This document shows, in pieces, positions 27,450-41,249 of a DNA stretch of 64,000 nt; position 1 is the first letter of the stretch, and the number at the start of each line of letters is the position of its first letter. A program made the translations under genes and the position numbers. This DNA comes from Eledone cirrhosa (taxonomy: Eukaryota). The stretch is taken from positions 11,966,001-12,030,000 of the forward strand of contig OZ024754.1 in NCBI GenBank assembly GCA_964016885.1. Reading direction: 5' to 3'. The notes below the pieces were generated by a model. It had not been told where the DNA came from. It saw only the letters and a list, made by a program, of their open reading frames with translations, and made no database searches.

Positions 27450-29678
27450 TTACTGTTTTTTCCTGACTTTTTGGGAGGCTTGGAATGTAGACAAAGCTTT
27501 ATGAAGGCAGTTTGAGAATAATTCACTTTTTTTGTTAATTAAGTTTTCATAATTATTAATTATTAATAGGGTCTCCTTTGTACAGCGGCTGCAGTTAATT
27601 GATATAGAATAGTTGACATAAACTCCACTATTACAAAGCTTCATCCAAAAGATCGAGTATTTTACATTTTTGTCTTTTAATGACCATATAAGGTATGATA
27701 AAGAAGTTGAAGACTTCCTATTAGAATTCGAGAATGAGCATTTATGATTCGTAAATCTTGCTTTAAATGTTGAAGAATTTGCTCCTATGTAGTTGTATGT
27801 GTTGTTATTTGTTTTTACGGTGCATTTATACACCAAATTTCTATCCAAACAATTAATTTGCAGAGGGCAATCTGGTTTATTTCTACAATTACATTTTGAT
27901 TTATTATTATTTATTATTAATATCATTATGTTGATTTTGATTTAGAATTTTACTGTTTATTTTAGCGATGTTTTGGGCCATATTCATAGTTGTAGAATAA
28001 GATAATTTAATAGTGTGTCTATTAAAAATGGAATGGTTGACTAGGGAATGAACTATCCAAAGCTTTAAAAAATAGATTAGCTATTGGTGTTCTTACTGCT
28101 ACAGAAGCAGGGGGGGGGGGAACCATATAACTGATTTAGTTCTGGTTCTTTTCCCCGATTTATTCACAGTACATCTGTTTGAATTATAATCACTAGAATT
28201 TATAGAATTTCGATTATACATGCCATTATTTTTATCAGGATTAAAACTTGGATTATTGTCTATATATTCTATATTATTTTTATAATCTGCTTTTTTAGCA
28301 TTGTAATATCCTGCATTTTCATCAAATATTGATTTATTGGCAGATATTTTATTAATGCGTTTTTGCACGCTATTTACAATTGCTTTTTTCACTGACTGAG
28401 GGTGAATGGAGTAATAACTAACGTAATTTAAGTTTTCATTGGGCTTATGGAAAGGGTAATAAAAACCAGAGTTTAAGTTAAAGGTAACATCAAGGAAATT
28501 AACTATTTTGAAACCACTTTCTACTTCTAGTTTAAGGTAATAAATTTTAAAGAATTCAATTATATTTTTCTTTACTCTATTTAGTTCTATATTGTTGTGT
28601 TTAACAACCGTAAATAAAATATCGTCCCTATATAAACCACCGGTAATCTCCGGCAGTTTTCTATTTATCATATTTAATATGAAAATCCCCAGAAGATCCG
28701 TGATTTGCGCTGAACCAGATGACCCCATGGTAATGTCGAAGTTTCTATTTCTATCTGAGCGGGTCCAATATTCATTGTCGAAGTTAATAAGAGTTCTTCT
28801 AGCAGTTAATATGATATCAATTTCATCCGTAGTTAGATCAGTATCCTTGTAAGCGTATGATAGAGCCTTATTTAGTAGGTTGGGCGTTATGGAAGAGTAA
28901 TAGCTTGTTATGTCCATCTGGATGAATTTACGGTTTTTCTTATCATCTATATTCTTATACCATTCAATGACTTCGTTTGTATCCTTCCACAAGCTCAATT
29001 TAGACCCCAATTTCAGATAGGTAGAATTCTATCAATAATATTTTTACTGATTACTCCATATCCATATATCCGATTTGGATGGAGCAATCAGTCTAACTGG
29101 CAGGTCTTCCTCTGATCTTTAAAATTGATCCGCGGCTGTCTAGGTATAAGGGGCTCTGTTCTTCCTTCGATTCCTAATTTGGCAATTAATTTATATGCAT
29201 CATTATTGATGTCTGTAAGATCTTAAGCCGGGGCTTTTTTATAATTTTTCCTAAGTTCGTTTAAAATCAAGTTATTATATTCTTCTTTATTTATCCCATA
29301 TAAATTGTTTGTTTTGTCCGATTTTATCAATATTTTATTAACTTTTATAATTTCCGTGATTTTTTCTTTTAAAATTCTAAGGTATTGGTGACCTATATAT
29401 GGGTTTTTCCTAAATTTAATTTTCTTAAGTATACCGAGCATATCAGTTTCAAAATCCTCCAGGAGTTTGTTGTATGGAAGATTCTTTCTTGATTTAAATA
29501 AAGTTTCGAAATGATTGCTGTTGATTTTTCTTTTAGCATCTTTATTTTCGAAATGAAATGCTCGCCATCTCATTCTTCTTATAAAAGAGTTTGTTTGTTC
29601 GATAATTTTCCTCATGTATTCCTCACTAGATGGTATTGGTAAATCCTTGAGGGATGTCGGGAAGGTTAAGAATTCCAT
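27450..29678 (-). pseudogene. Disrupted PLE polyprotein (N-terminal domain, reverse transcriptase, CxCx5C linker, GIY-YIG endonuclease)
   Basis: Collinear ORFs 29678-29223 (RRMRWRAFHF, KSDKT), 29010-28099 (RT) and 27926-27450 (CNCRNKPDCPL, GIY-YIG) are separated by stops/frameshifts, one at the homopolymer run near 28110-28120. Confidence 0.9.
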
Positions 29679-29886
29679 AATTTATTGAATATGCAATCTA
29701 TTGTATAGAAAAGCGCCCAACCAGCTGGGAGCTATATATATATTTAAGAGTTAAACAAGAATCAATGAATACATCAAAGAATGAGTTTTACAATAGGTTG
29801 GAAGCACTCTACAGTTATATATTTTCCAGAGTTATTAATATTAATTCCAAATATTAACAAAATAGATATTCTTGTGATCAATTATA

Positions 29887-29949
29887 TTTTATTATACATA
29901 TTTCAGAGGTACTGAATTAAGTTCAACAGTACGTCCTCATCAGATAAAA
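29887..29949 (-). ncRNA. Type I hammerhead ribozyme motif in the 5' pseudo-LTR of the PLE (second copy at about 25830-25892)
   Basis: Minus strand reads TTTTAT-CTGATGA-GGACGTACTG...CAGTACCTCT-GAAA-TATGTA-TA/ATAAAA: intact core, stem I TTTTAT/ATAAAA, stem II GTACTG/CAGTAC. Confidence 0.7.
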
Positions 29950-30057
29950 TAAAATGATACATGACATACCCTGACATGGTAGATGGTTGAGATTTAATCA
30001 AGGTAGTGATTAACTTATGACAAAACTCAATATTTATATATACAAATGTATATATAT

Positions 30058-30404
30058 ATAACACGAGAATGCTGAGGATGGCTCTGAACATTAATCAGTA
30101 TACACTGAGGATGAAAAACTCAGAGCTGTAGGGGAGCCTCCCAAAAGTCAGCTGAAAAGTGACACAGAGGAGACTGAGGTTAGCTGGACATGCTCACCGA
30201 CATCCAGAGTTGACATTGGACTCAGTGCTCCTGTGGGAGCCCCTACATGGACACACTGGAAGAGGAAGACCAAGGTTAACGTATGTTGATGCCCTAAGGA
30301 CAGACACTGGTCTGTTGGAGACGCAGGACATGGCAGCGATAATGAGGGACAGAGACCGCTGGAGAGAACTGGTCCACGGATCTCGGGAATTTTACCCGCC
30401 CTAG
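30058..30404 (+). mobile_element. RTE-clade LINE 3' fragment
   Basis: RRLRLAGHAHRH...GRGRPRLTYVD...DRDRWR C-terminal signature; (TAGA)n tail. Confidence 0.85.
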
Positions 30405-30734
30405 ATAGATAGATAGATATATAACAAAGAAAGTGTGGTAAGGAACCAGGTGGATCATAACGCACCAGAGTACTCGATACTTAGGGTAGTAGAGTGGCCA
30501 TATATATATGATAGGTGAAACAACCTAAACAAAATAAGGGGGTGATATGTAGGTAGATAGTTTGATAGCTGGATATAGAGATAGGACTCGTATGCAATTT
30601 TCAGAAGTTCTGTATATTCCGAAAATATTGCGTCAACAGCAGCGCCATCTGTAAAACTTCGGTGACGATGACAGCAGTAATTGTTTCTACTTTTGGCACA
30701 AGGCCAGCAATTATCCCAGTGTATTACTGGTACA

Positions 30735-31115
30735 ACAATAATGATGATGAAAATGGTGATGATGATGATGACGATGATGATGATGACAATGATGAAAATA
30801 ATGATGACAATGATGATGATGATGATGATGATGATGAAAATAATGATGATGATGATGGTGGTGATGACGACGACGACGACGATGATGATGATGATGATGA
30901 CGACAATGATGATAATGATGATGAGGTTGATGATGATGATGATGATGATGAGGATGAGGTTGATGATGATGATGATGACGACAATGATGAAAATGATGAT
31001 GATGACGATGATGATGATGATGAAAATAATGATGATGATGATGACGATGATGATGATCGTCATTATCGTAATTACAATAATGATAATAATAATGATGATG
31101 ATATTCATCACTATA

Positions 31116-31147
<32 letters not shown>

Positions 31148-31228
31148 AAAGGTGATGATAATGGCGATAATGATGGCGATGGTGATGGTGAGGATGATGA
31201 TGATGATGATGTGAATAACAAAGATGAA

Positions 31229-31259
<31 letters not shown>

Positions 31260-31780
31260 GTAGTGGTGGTGATGAAGATGGCGGTAATGAATAGAATAAT
31301 AATGAAGATAACAATGAAGATAATGGCAATAACAACGAGGAAGACTATAATGATAGCAATTATGGTGATTATCACTAAGGTAACATTGGCAACAACAACA
31401 ACAACAACAACAACAGCAGGAAAGTGTTCAAGTCACCACCACTGCCGCCGCCACCAGCACCAGCAGCAGCAACTCCCCTACCACCTCTACCACCTCTACT
31501 ATCACTCCAAATAGCAGCACCACCAACACCTGCTCCCTAAGCATAACTACAACAGCAACAACAGCAGCAGCATCAACAACAACAGCAGCAGCAGCAACAA
31601 CAACAACAGCAACGACAACAACAGTAGCAGCAGCAACAACACCAAAAGAAACAACAACAACAACAGCAGCAGCAACAGCGACAACGACGACAACAACAAC
31701 AGCAACAGCAGCAACAACAGCAACAGCGACAACGACAACAACAACAACGACAACAACAACAACAACAGCAACAACAACAA

Positions 31781-31812
<32 letters not shown>

Positions 31813-32036
31813 ACAGCAGCAACAACAGCAACAGCAACAACAGCAACAACAACAGCAACAACAGCAACAACAGCAACAGCAACAGCAGCAACAGCAGCAA
31901 CAACAACAACAACAACAGCAACAACAACAGCAACAACAACAGCAACAACAACAACAGCAACAACAGCAACAGCAGCAACAACAACAGCAACAACAACAAC
32001 AGCAACAGCAGCAACAGCAGCAACAACAACACAGCA
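30735..32036. repeat. Cryptic (GAT)n followed by (CAA/CAG)n simple repeats
   Basis: Read directly; yields poly-D/M/I and poly-L/C pseudo-ORFs. Confidence 0.93.
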
Positions 32037-32117
32037 AAGATTTTAATAAGTTATAAGATGTAAAAATCCCATAGGATTATGTTTAAACTCCTACATTTAT
32101 GTTACCCAACATGGCAT

Positions 32118-32154
<37 letters not shown>

Positions 32155-32183
32155 AACACACACACATATATATATATATATAA

Positions 32184-32216
<33 letters not shown>

Positions 32217-32273
32217 AACACACACACACACACATATATATATAAACACACACACACGCATATATATATATAT

Positions 32274-32316
<43 letters not shown>

Positions 32317-32887
32317 TATATATATATAAACACACACACACACATATATATATATAAACACACACACACACATATATATATATATAAACACACACACACA
32401 TATATATATATATAAACACACATACACATATATATATATAAACACACATACACATATATATATATAAATGAAAGGTATAGAAACATTGTAGCGAAAAGCC
32501 AACAGTATTCCATAATATATAAGTGACTATAGCGTCAAAATAGGAACATAGTTAACGTAAGATGTGGGGAAAATAATTCAAACTCATCTGAAAGAGAATC
32601 AGGATATAGATTCATCCACAGAATTTAGTGAAATCCAGGGAAAAATCAATAGAGCCTTAACTCATGATAAAATAAAGTTTAAAATACTCATCCTTCAATT
32701 TGGAAAAAACTTCAAATGCTCTGTATAGTCTTAAAGACTATTTCACGAAAACTTAGAGTGGAGATGGTCACGGTTGGAATTCGATCCTCAGCAGAGCTCA
32801 ACTCGATAACCAAGATTATATATATATATATATATATAAACACACACACACACACATGCGTATATATACATATATATATATACATAA

Positions 32888-32949
<62 letters not shown>

Positions 32950-32971
32950 ACACACACATATATATATATAA

Positions 32972-33025
<54 letters not shown>

Positions 33026-33374
33026 ACGCATACACATATATATATATATATATATATAAACACACACACACACACACACACATATTTTGGATCGATCGAC
33101 TTTCGTCAAATCGGACCTAGGAAACAATGTTTCCGTTGGTCTTTCCAATTGTTATTACTATCTATTGGTCGCAACTCCAGGTAGAAGGAGCAACGTGAAA
33201 TAAAGTGTCTTGCTCAAGGACATAACGCATCGCCCGGTCCAGGAATCGAACTCACAACCTCAAGATTGTGAATCCAATTCTCTAACCACTCTGCCACACG
33301 CCTTCACACACACATATATATATATATATATAAACACACTCACACACATATATATATATAAACACACACACATA

Positions 33375-33942
33375 CAGGAGTTGGCCAAAATAATGGAAAC
33401 ACCTAGCACCATAGCATCATAATTTTGAAATATCTATAAAACCGTCAAAAGCTTGTTTATTTTTATTGTTCTCGAGGTGGTCATTAAACTCTGCAGTAAT
33501 TTTGGGAGCTGTACTTTTGTGATCCTTTCTAACAATTCGCGTAAGAGTCTGACGGTCCCTATCTGAAAGTTTTAGTTTTCTTCCGGAGTTTTGTTTCGAT
33601 GAGGAGGTTTTTCCCTCTTTCTCAAAGGCTGTCATTACTCTCGAGACAGTACTTCTTGATACACCAAACATTTCGGCTGTTTTCGTTACGCTATCGTCTG
33701 CCATACGAGCACCAACAGTTTGACCTCTTTGAAAGTCCGATAGATCTGTCATTTTAATGAATTTTAATTACCTTTTTCTGATGATATCTGAAAAGAAACA
33801 GCAATTTTAACAAAACATATTAAGCAACACTAATAATAAATTAAAAAAACATAAGAATAAACAAGCTTTTGACGGTTTTATAGATATTTCAAAATTATGA
33901 TACTACGATGCTAGGTGTTCCCATTATTTTGTCCAACCCCTG
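33375..33942 (-). mobile_element. Internally deleted Tc1/mariner element retaining the transposase DNA-binding N-terminus
   Basis: TIRs of about 88 bp (CAGGAGTTGGCCAAAATAATGGAAACACC / GGTGTTCCCATTATTTTGTCCAACCCCTG), TA TSD; ORF 33752-33417 MTDLSDFQRGQTVGAR...GVSRSTVSRV...SGRK (paired HTH); no DDE domain. Confidence 0.92.
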
Positions 33943-33979
33943 TATATATATATTTATAAACACACACACATATATATAT

Positions 33980-34074
<95 letters not shown>

Positions 34075-34101
34075 AATACACACACACATATATGTATATA
34101 T

Positions 34102-34526
34102 ATAAATGGAAAAAATGAAATTTCATTTTTCACTCTTAGTACAGCTGATACTTAAATATAAGTATGTATACGTACATACATATATGTATACAGACGTACA
34201 GTAGTATGTATATATATATGCACACATATATATATATGTACGTATGGGTTTACCGAACATTTATTATAATGCTCGGTTTGTTTGTAAACAAATAGCCCGA
34301 ATTAAGCCGTACAGTGTTCGGGAACCATCGTTGCCCTTTTGTTCAACACTGGCACAGGAACGATGAACTAGTTTCAAGCTTATTAGCTGTCGTCAGCATC
34401 GTATACCTTCCTGTCAGTTGATTGAATGTTTGAAAGTATATACTTTCCTTATGCATATTAACGGCTGAGCAGCCTAATTTGCATATCGAGTGAGTTAGTC
34501 GGCCGGGCGTACCGAAAACGATAAAT
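34102..34526 (-). mobile_element. Second, circularly permuted monomer of the same retrozyme-like family
   Basis: Same sequence as the 9-kb copy but opened at a different point (starts and ends with ATAAAT); microsatellite flanks. Confidence 0.7.
34360..34402 (-). ncRNA. Minimal type I hammerhead ribozyme
   Basis: ACGATG-CTGACGA-C-AGCT-AATA-AGCT-T-GAAAC-TA-GTT/CATCGT: 6-bp stem I, 4-bp stem II, palindromic stem III AACTAGTT. Confidence 0.75.
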
Positions 34527-34528
34527 AT

Positions 34529-34599
<71 letters not shown>

Positions 34600-34762
34600 A
34601 CGAAGGAGGTGTGGTAAGGAACCAGATGGACCATAACGCACCAGAGTACTCAATACTTATGGTAGTAGAGTGGGAAATAGGAAAATGTTTAACCTCGACA
34701 GCAGAGTTCATAGCCGTCGAAACGGCTTGAGCTCTGCCGTCGGGGTTAAACATTTTCCTATA

Positions 34763-34816
<54 letters not shown>

Positions 34817-34960
34817 CATATATATATGTGTGTGTGTGTGTGTATATATATATGTATACAAATACACACACATACACACATATATATATATATGTGTGTG
34901 TGTGTATACATATATATATATTTATACAAATGCACACACATGCACACACACACACACATA

Positions 34961-35003
<43 letters not shown>

Positions 35004-35063
35004 GTTTACAAAACACTCACATGCACACATACACACACACACACATATATATATATACATATA

Positions 35064-35094
<31 letters not shown>

Positions 35095-35159
35095 GTATAC
35101 ACACACACACACACATATATATATGTGTGTGTGTATGTGTATATATATATGTTTACAAA

Positions 35160-35194
<35 letters not shown>

Positions 35195-35200
35195 CATATA

Positions 35201-35263
<63 letters not shown>

Positions 35264-36532
35264 ACAAAACACACACACACATGCACACATAGACACACAT
35301 ATATATATATATATGTTTAAATCTGTCTTATTGCCTCGCTCTCCTATTTTGTAATTGTTTATCTTTCTTTCCTGCTTTCTTTCTTTTTTTTTTTCTCTCT
35401 CTCTATTCTCTCTTTTTATCTCTCCCCCCCTCTCTCTGTAATCTCTATCACCCCCTCTCTTTCTCTCACAGAGCAGTCATCTCGTACTGCCTTAATCTTC
35501 TGTCATTGGTGCTTCAGTTGAACGACAGATTACAATCGTAAAAAAGAAAGGAAAAAAAAATAATAAGAGTAGTAAATAGATAAAACAAAAGTATAAAGAA
35601 AGAAAAAAAATTAACAAGAAAACAAACGAAACAAGAAGAAGAAAGAGAGAAGGAAAATGGTAGAAAGAATGCGAAGTAGAAAGAAAGATATGCGGAAGAG
35701 AAAGAAAGAAATGCGAAGGAGTAAGGTGGAACGTGACTAGAAATGTGTTGAAGTACATGAAGGTTAAATAAGAAGATATAGGAAGAAAGAGGAAAGAAGA
35801 AGGATTGAATGAATTAAATCCTTCTTTTTTTAATTTCAGGAAATCAAAAATGAAAATATGAAAAAAAATGAATAAAAAGGAAAAAGAAAGTAAAAAAAAA
35901 AGAGGATTAAATTAATAAAAAAAGAAAAAAAATCAGACCAAAAATATGAAAACCAAAGTTTTTACTAAGAAAAAAAAAGCAGAATAAATAAAAATATAAA
36001 TATAAATATAATATGGCACAAGTTCTAACACTGAGGAATAGAATATTTAATAAAATAATGTTAAAACAAGTCTTTCTCTTGTGTGTTTCTTGAGCTTTGT
36101 GTGTTCTCTTTGTGTGTTCTCTTGTGTGTCTCTGAACCATATAAGGAAGAAGATCAGTTATTGGGTAGATACATCGATATAATGGTTTCGAATTTAAGCA
36201 CAAGACCAGTAATTTTGAGGGGAGAGAGGAGAGGAAAGTCAATTAAATTGACCGATACTTTGTTCTATTGACGACGGAATGATGAAAGGTAAAGTTGACC
36301 TAGGTGGGATTTGAAATCAGAACTTAAGGACTGTAACGAAACACTACATTGCATTTCATCCGATGCTCTACCGATTCTGCCAATCCACTGCCCTAGACAA
36401 ATCAAATAATTTCATACATAGACGCAAGGATGGGAATATTTTCAGTGGATGGTGGTGTCAGTCGATTATATTGACCCCAGTACTTGACTGGTACTTTATT
36501 TTGTCGGTCCCGGAAGTACGAAAGGCAAAAAT

Positions 36533-36850
36533 GACCTTAGTGGGATTTGAAGACCTTAGCGGGATTTGAAGACCTTAGTGGGATTTGAAGACCTTAGTGG
36601 GATTTGAAGACCTTAGCGGGATTTGAAGACCTTAGTGGGATTTGAAGACCTTAGTGGGATTTGAAGACCTTAGTGGGATTTGAAGACGTTAGTGGGATTT
36701 GAAGACGTTAGTGGGATTTGAAGACCTTAGCGGGATTTGAAGACCTTAGTGGGATTTGAAGACCTTAGTGGAATTTGAAGACCTTAGTGGGATTTGAAGA
36801 CCTTAGTGGGATTTGAACAAAAATGACCTTAGCGGGATTTGAAGACCTTA
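36533..36850. repeat. 19-bp minisatellite (GACCTTAGYGGGATTTGAA) x15, plus one further copy, inside a SINE
   Basis: Read directly; the unit matches the SINE segment ACCTCGGCGGGATTTGAA. Confidence 0.92.
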
Positions 36851-39437
36851 GGCACAAGGCCAGGAATGGCAGAAATATTTGTGGGGGTGGGCTAAAAGTT
36901 TTTATCACCCCTTCCTTGCATCTTATTATTTTAGGGGAGGGGAAAGTCGATGAAATCGACCCCAGTGCATTATTGGTACTTTATTTATCGACCCCGTACG
37001 GATGAAAGGCACCTCGGTGGGATTTGAACTCAGAACATAAAGCATCATAACTCTGTCTTGAAGCGGGGTATCCGACGCTCTACCGATATTGCCTATCACC
37101 CCCCACCCCAAGTGCTAAAAGATTTATGTTGATACCAATATTGTGCCCCTAACATTATTTTATTATCAGTACTAGTAGAGAGTCAGACAAAAAGATTTGT
37201 AGCACAGAGTTATGTCCCTTTACGTTCCGAGTTCAAATCCCGCCTAGGTTAACTTTGCCTTTTATCTTTATGGGGGTCGATAAAATAAAGTACCAGTAAT
37301 GCACTGGGATAATTACTGGCCTTGTGCCAAAAGTAGAAACAATTATCAGTACAAGTAGAGAGTCAGACAACATGCTTTGCAGCATAGAGTCATGGCCTTT
37401 TACATTCTCAGTTCAAATCCCGCCGAGGTTAACTTTGCCTTTCATCCTTACGGGGTCGATAAAATAAAGTACCAGTAATGGACTGGAGAAATTGCTGGCC
37501 TTGTTCCAAAAGTAGATACAATTATTTGAAGATAACGTAGTATATTTTTATATACTTAATAATCTATGCATTTTTTGGTTAGAAAATACTTCGAGTAGGT
37601 TTATACTCATATTTCGCCAAAATCACTTAGTTCAGTAAATTAAGAATGATTTTTACACCATTTTCAGATCATAAATAAAAGCAAATTATATTTAATGTTG
37701 AAAATCGATATTAATTCGATTACTTTTTTTTATGTAATTTTCTCCTGAGTTGTTCAATATAATTTGTTTTCATTTTTAATTATGGATAAAACTGAGCTAA
37801 TAATATATTAAATAATGCTTGGGTTTAATTTTCTAAAGCAACACAAATCTCAAGATTTCAGCGGTCATAAATCATAGTAATCATGTGAGAATATTTCAAA
37901 AGTAAAAGAAAATTTATCCTCGTATGGATAAAGATATAGTTGAAAACAACATATAGTTAATATACAACAGTTGCCCAGATGATATACATATATCCAAATC
38001 AGGATATCAAAATATTTGTTTCTACTTTTGGCACAAAGCCAGCAATTATCCCAGTGTATTACTGGTACTTTATTTTATCGACCCCGTAAGGATGAAAGAC
38101 AAAGTTAACCTCGGCGGGATTTGAACTCAGACCATAAAGGGCCGTAACTCTTTGGTGCAAAGCATGGCGTTCGATCCTTTACCGACACTGCCAGTGTTCC
38201 AAATATGACTGGTATTATAATTAGCTACAACCGCTTAGAATTGTTTATCCTCTTTTCCAGATGCAACCAACAAAAATGACAGAATCCCATATTTGTAAAA
38301 CATACTCAATCTTCTAAACAACTTCCGGTTTCGAAGGAAGAAATAAAATCTTTATTAATGGAAATAAAAATACATAAAATAGTACAATAGGAAAAAACCA
38401 AAACAAAAAAAAACCAAACAAACGAAGAGAAAAACGTTTGCCTTAAAAATGTGAGGGGGGACAAACCAACATTTGTTGATTCTTAAAGGAGCATAAATTG
38501 CTTATGGTGCCTTTCCTGGACCCTATTACATAAGTAAAATTTTACGGTAATTAGATTTTATATATTCAGATGAAGTTGAGATATAAAAAAAAATGAGCTT
38601 AAAAAGAATTTGTTATATCAAATGAACAAAATATAAAACATAAACGTTTGAAAAAGTGTGTATGTGTGTGAGGGGGGGGGGGACTTGTTCCCTAGTACCT
38701 TCTGAAACAAGGCACTTGTTCGTAAGTATGTAGAATTGAGTGCCAGTTGTTAAAATATTCACTTCAAGTTAACGGAGCGTCTTGTATAGATTGTGTTACA
38801 GTCTATGATCATTTATCAACTGCTACATCTACGGAATTTACAAATGTTCCATTGTATGGTTGGAAACATGCTGCAAGGGAGAAAAGCTGTAAGATTAACA
38901 ACCAAGCAAAAAAAACAAAAACATGACGCATGAATTCAATGTTATTCATTGTGTGTAAACTCTTCATCAGGCTGATAGAAAATCGCTGTCTTTACATGAA
39001 AAATGGATGTTTTATGCCGCCAACTTATCAAACGAAACAAAAACCAAAAAAGAAATAATACTTTCTATACTTGATGTAATTATTCGGTTGAGCAAAAAGA
39101 ATGTTCTCTTGCAAAGAAGTACAAGGATTTAGGTAAGTTTTAGTATTTCATTGACTGGAAAGCTTACGTAGATCTAATTTTAAGAAAGCATTTGAGGAAA
39201 TGTAAATAAATAACTAAATAACTCCATAAATATATAAATATATAAATAAACACATACACACACACACACATATATATGTATATATATATATATATATATA
39301 TTGCCAACTGAGAGTGATTGATGCTTAATATATTCCTTCTGCTTCTTCTTCAGCAAGTATTTCAGCAATCTATTCTTACAGTAGCCTAGATGTGATGTAG
39401 TGTCGGTATGTAGTCACTTCAAGGTTATGGCGGTAAC

Positions 39438-39722
39438 GGACATTTGAAATACGAAGTTCCTCCTCCCCCTCCTCTATGTCTGTGGTAGTAATGGACATTT
39501 GGAATACGAAGTTTCTCTTCCCTCCATCTCCTCCCTCTCCTCCTCCTCTTCCTCCTCCATGTCTATGGTAGTAATGGACATTTGGAATACGAAGTTCCTC
39601 CTCCCCCTCCTCTATGTCTGTGGTAGTAATGGACATTTGGAATACGAAGTTCCTCTTCCCTCCATCTCCCCCCTCTCCTTCTCCTCTTCCTCCTCCATGT
39701 CTATGGTAGTAATGGACATTTG
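39438..39722. repeat. Higher-order tandem repeat (55+83 = 138 bp)
   Basis: GGACATTT recurs at 39438, 39493, 39576, 39631 and 39714. Confidence 0.85.
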
Positions 39723-40220
39723 ATGAAATGCGTAGTTCCGCCCCCCCCCCCCCATCCCCATTCTCTTCTTCCACCCCCTCTCCAAACTACGCCCCCCCAC
39801 ACCACAATATATATATTTTTATTTTTAGAAACCAGCAGTGTGGAGTGAGGCAACACTTCTTTACTTCGGTAGAGCTATTAAAGACCAACTCCACCAGTAA
39901 AGGGCAAAGGTGAGAGAGATAAGCTTTTAGCGAAGTACATCAACATTAACAAGACGATAAGTGCCGGAAGAAATGTAAGGTCCAGGCGGAGAGTTGACAG
40001 AGTTGTTAGAACGTTGGATGGAATACTTTGCAGCATTTCTTCCGGTTCTCTGAGATCTGTGTTCAAATACCGCAGAGGTCAACTTTGCCTTTCATCCGTT
40101 CGGGTCGATAAAACACGCCAGTCCTCTCTCTTAACTATCTCCTTCAGATTCCACTTGCTACCAAAGCAAACGACAAACAACGAAAGCCAACTATAGCAGA
40201 AATGCTCTTGAAATTATAAT

Positions 40221-40400
40221 CCGCAGGATGTGGGGGATCCAGCCGGATCAGTTGGAGACGGTTGCTTTTGACAGGACCCGCTGGAAGAAGTGTTTGAGGA
40301 CTCTTACCCCACGACCCTCTCAGGAATAAGTGGGCAAAGAAAGAGAAGAAGGCGGAGGAGGGCGAGAAGAAGAAGGAGGAGGAGAAGAAGAAGGAGGAGG
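40221..40400 (+). mobile_element. RTE-like LINE extreme 3' end
   Basis: RRMWGIQPDQLETVAFDRTRWKKCLRTLTPRPSQE* followed by a GAA/GGA tail. Confidence 0.5.
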
Positions 40401-41249
40401 GTGTGGTACATGGAATTAAAAACTGTAGTCCCAATAATTCATGCACACAGACACTTTGTTCCAGTTCACTCAGCTGTAGAAATGAGTTGCGACGTCAGTG
40501 GTGCCAAGCTGTATCGGCCATTGCCTTTCCTTTGGACAACATCGGTGGTATGGAGAGGGGAGGCTGGTGTGCATGGGCGACTGCTGATCTTCCACCACCA
40601 CCATTGCTTTAATGTCCGCTTTCTACGTTAGCAGTGTTTGGACGGGTTTTCATAGACCGAGTCACTACTGAAGCGGCCAAAGATCTGCATCTCGCTTACT
40701 TACCGTCTCAAGTTCTACCGAGTGCATAGGAGAGGTTGTCATGTCTTTGACACAACTGAAGCGTCCTCCCCAACCCTTTGTTTGGCAAGCTTTCTACGGT
40801 TGGATGCGCTTCCCATCCCCAACAATTTTACATCGTGTATTGAGTGCGTCTATCGTGTAGATCACCAACAACAGTCATTACTAAAACACATTTCAAATCC
40901 CACAAATAAAACAGTAAGAAATATACATAAATATACTGTACATGAGATGAATACGTTTTCATATTGTGCACATAATTTACTGCTAAGCGTAAACACATAT
41001 GTCTTCTGAGAAACAACATTGGTTTAGAAGGAACCTTAGATTTCAACGAACTAGAACAGTTAAGCAAAGTTTGTCTCAGCGGGATTTGAGCTTGGAGCTC
41101 TGGGAGCTGAAACGAATGCCGCAAAGTATTCTATCCGACATTCTAACAACTCTGACAATTCACCGCTGATACGTACTTAAAACCTAAAACTGCCAATTCA
41201 CCAGAGATACGTCTTTAAAACCAAAAACATATGAGGCACAGACATAGAA

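Noticed and set aside
30455-32037. Poly-Asp, poly-Met, poly-Ile, poly-Leu and poly-Cys ORFs
   Set aside because: Triplet microsatellites; the poly-Asp ORF begins in a SINE fragment.
39309-39360. Possible terminal exon IAEILAEEEAEGIY* on the minus strand
   Set aside because: Weak acceptor, no partner exons found, no recognisable homology.
39438-39722. CRISPR-like repeat-spacer appearance
   Set aside because: The spacers are themselves duplicated and low-complexity; eukaryotic context; no cas genes.
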